Of a stretch of 64,000 bases of DNA, positions 61,952 through 64,000 are shown one piece after another. The translations under genes and the position numbers were made by a program. The notes below the pieces were generated by a model. The model was not told the origin of the DNA. It was given only the letters and a program-made list of their open reading frames with translations, and did not search any database. The DNA comes from an uncultured Paenochrobactrum sp. (lineage in GTDB: Bacteria > Pseudomonadota > Alphaproteobacteria > Rhizobiales > Rhizobiaceae). The stretch spans positions 14,717 to 78,716 of the forward strand of contig CANQXU010000001.1 in NCBI GenBank assembly GCA_947627865.1, in the 5' to 3' direction. Every line of letters begins with the position of its first letter. Positions within the stretch are counted from its first letter, which is position 1.

Positions 61952-62071
61952 GACTCTTCCTAAGCAGTTTCGAATGCGTTAATTGTCTCATGCAACTACC
62001 GCTGACAAAGAACGTAAAGGAGATCGAAACGCCTTCATTTTTTGCTTGTTCTGGGCTGTTTACTTGATGTT

Positions 62072-62419
62072 TTATCGTGCCTGTATCGTTGAAAGGTATT
62101 TTTTACATTGCTGATGGACACGCCCGGCAAGGATGATTGAGGCGGTATAGTCAAGGGTGTCTAACCCGAATTCTTTGAGCGTGTCATCGTTAGTTGGCTC
62201 AAACCAGCGGCGGACGCCACGACGGCTAACTTTTAAAAACCAGGAAACCCCTGTGGCCATGTCGTGCTCAATAAAAAGGCGTTCAATGCCTGTCTCATCG
62301 GTAATGATAAACCCTGAATCTTTAGGATAAATAAGACCTGAAGCGCCGTGAGGGATAGAAGATGAATCTTTGGCGGAAAAAGCCAGTCGCTTACCGCGCA
62401 AATTAACAAACTGAGTCAC
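62072..62419 (-). CDS. Hypothetical protein
   Basis: AGGA RBS, GTG start. Confidence 0.65.
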   Translation of the reverse strand: MTQFVNLRGKRLAFSAKDSSSIPHGASGLIYPKDSGFIITDETGIERLFIEHDMATGVSWFLKVSRRGVRRWFEPTNDDTLKEFGLDTLDYTASIILAGRVHQQCKKYLSTIQAR

Positions 62420-62566
62420 ACTGTTGTCCTGGGTTTAGATAATCACTGATAACGCGAGCCATATCGGTGTAGAAAAAGTCACAAAGATGGCATAGCTAAC
62501 CTATGAGGTCGTTATTTTACGATGATGGGGAACGGTGACGAAGGATAATGGCCGACAAAATGTCGG

Positions 62567-63448
62567 CTAATTTTGGGAGCGGTAAACGTTGACTCGGCTA
62601 TAAACACGACTGAACACTTTTACTTCGTCTGAGGACTTATCAACGTCGATAGCGAAGACGCCTAAAAAACGGTACAAGGTACGGTTTAACTCATCACGGG
62701 AATGCGCCATAACAATACGGTAATCCCACGTTTCCTGATAGTTTCTTGTTGCATTAAGGCTTTGTTCAGTGATCTTGTTGCCGTCTGCCGAGAGTGCATT
62801 TTTCCACTCTCCAGCCTCATACAAACGAGGAAACCAAACCATTACGCGGCCTGTCAATCCGATGGACTGAGCGACTTCAGCAGGCAGAGCCCAGCCGCCT
62901 GACTGATGATGCCCCTCTCTGCGATACCCAAAACATTGCAAAGCATCTCTGTGATAGCGGAAAACCGAGTTAGGGCCCACGGCCATGTAGCCAGTATTTA
63001 TATGCTTTTTTGCAGAGTATCGTTCGTCATAGTCCCAGCGGAAAAACAGGCCTTGATTTTCGAGCTCTTCTTTTTTGTCTTTAACTAAACGGACAAACTC
63101 ATCAACCAGCTTATTTACCTCGCTGAGAGTTATGTTACTGGCAGGGATCCGTTCCTCCTGGAACCCTGTTGCCTCTACGATATCTAAACGACGCACGGCG
63201 TCAGCTTTTCTAGCGTCGTTACTATCATGATGAGCCTCATCAATCTCAAGATAGAGGTTCAGCTGTGGAAAAAGCAGATCAGCAAGGTATATTTTGCCTA
63301 AGTGCCCTTCTTTTCGAATGCACTGTTGGCAAACGAACTCAATATCTGGATCATCCAGCGTATGGACGACCCGATTGATAATGTAGTGCTCCCAGCGTTT
63401 ATGCGAAATCTTTGACAACGCACGGAGTATGTAGTCTGTTTTGCTCAT
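62567..63448 (-). CDS. pvuRts1I: PvuRts1I modification-dependent restriction endonuclease (cuts 5hmC/glucosyl-5hmC DNA)
   Basis: 293 aa starting MSKTDYILRALSKISHKRWEHY; ADLLFP...EIDEAHH nuclease motif plus SRA-like C-terminus; matches my recollection of PvuRts1I. Confidence 0.9.
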   Translation of the reverse strand: MSKTDYILRALSKISHKRWEHYIINRVVHTLDDPDIEFVCQQCIRKEGHLGKIYLADLLFPQLNLYLEIDEAHHDSNDARKADAVRRLDIVEATGFQEERIPASNITLSEVNKLVDEFVRLVKDKKEELENQGLFFRWDYDERYSAKKHINTGYMAVGPNSVFRYHRDALQCFGYRREGHHQSGGWALPAEVAQSIGLTGRVMVWFPRLYEAGEWKNALSADGNKITEQSLNATRNYQETWDYRIVMAHSRDELNRTLYRFLGVFAIDVDKSSDEVKVFSRVYSRVNVYRSQN

Positions 63449-63498
63449 GAGATTACCGTTAATGCCGTAGTATATAGAGTATGCTTCGGCAAATAATT

Positions 63499-63999
63499 TT
63501 AATAAAAATCAATAACGAATAGTTTAACGTTAATGTTTGTCTTATCAAATGCGTTTTCGTAGGAACCTACTTGATTGACTGAGCATTCCCTCTCAATTAA
63601 CGCCTTAACATTGTCTTGCGTAGCGCTGCCTGGCAGGATGGCAACTATCCTACCTTCACTCTTAACGAATTGCTGAGCATGCTTAACGTGCAATTTCCAT
63701 CGGTTTTGAGAATAGGGAGGATTCATTAACACTCGTTCGAATAATCCGAGTTGTTTAACTGTGGCATTTAGGAAATTTTGCTGGTAGGTATCCCAGCGTA
63801 GGCGCGAGCACGCAGCAGCAACGCTGTTTGTCTCTACCCCAGTTACCTTGATGCCCTCCGGCAAGTTGCGGAGAAGTGTGCCAAAACCGATACTCGGTTC
63901 TAATAGTGAGTCCCCTTCTTGCGGGTCACATTCATCCATTGCAGCTTTCTGAAGCTCGCCTGTTGTTGGATAGAACTGATGCGTTTTCTGGTCGGGCAG
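63499..63999 (-). CDS. Amino-DNA methyltransferase-like protein, 3' part (DUF4942-type)
   Basis: Frame open to the window edge: KTHQFYPT...LEPSIGFG...MNPPYS. Confidence 0.8.
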   Translation of the reverse strand: MPDQKTHQFYPTTGELQKAAMDECDPQEGDSLLEPSIGFGTLLRNLPEGIKVTGVETNSVAAACSRLRWDTYQQNFLNATVKQLGLFERVLMNPPYSQNRWKLHVKHAQQFVKSEGRIVAILPGSATQDNVKALIERECSVNQVGSYENAFDKTNINVKLFVIDFY

Positions 64000-64000
64000 C

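Noticed and set aside
62567-63999. Type II R-M pair interpretation
   Set aside because: The nuclease is modification-dependent and has no cognate MTase.
1-64000. CRISPR arrays, rRNA/tRNA, integron attC sites, IS elements, antibiotic resistance genes
   Set aside because: None recognised by eye; a computational scan would be needed to exclude small ncRNAs.

Overview
This window is part of a large conjugative plasmid backbone, most likely IncT/Rts1-like. That call rests on a 293-aa protein I recognise from memory as PvuRts1I, a holE homolog, a MOBH relaxase and an F-type (IncC/SXT-like) tra set; no replicon lies in the window. 1-20 kb: traC (partial), dsbC, traV/B/K/E/L, traJ, traD, traI, two DsbA-like proteins, a UvrD-like helicase, an orphan LysR and a displaced traA. 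20-35 kb: backbone accessory genes (PLD nuclease, VirB9-like stalk protein, membrane-anchored Mrr-like nuclease, signal peptidase, klaABC-like operon, two repeat proteins). 35468-48826: an intact-looking Tn3-family transposon (69-bp IRs, AGTAA duplication) carrying arsRDABC, sulP-usp and a BCCT transporter; it splits a 173-aa gene. 49-59 kb: a decaying AT-rich island (HDO-EamA relic, McbR-like, LuxR and GNAT pseudogenes, flavin enzymes) around a dif-like Xer site, holE and LexA-controlled umuDC. 59-64 kb: hypotheticals, PvuRts1I and a partial DNA methyltransferase. The best unexplained signals are a recurring 11-bp-periodic motif at near-fixed spacing upstream of many backbone promoters (candidate transfer-activator regulon) and a TGCA-rich non-coding locus at 34.5-35.2 kb. 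Family assignments come from motif recognition, not database searches.
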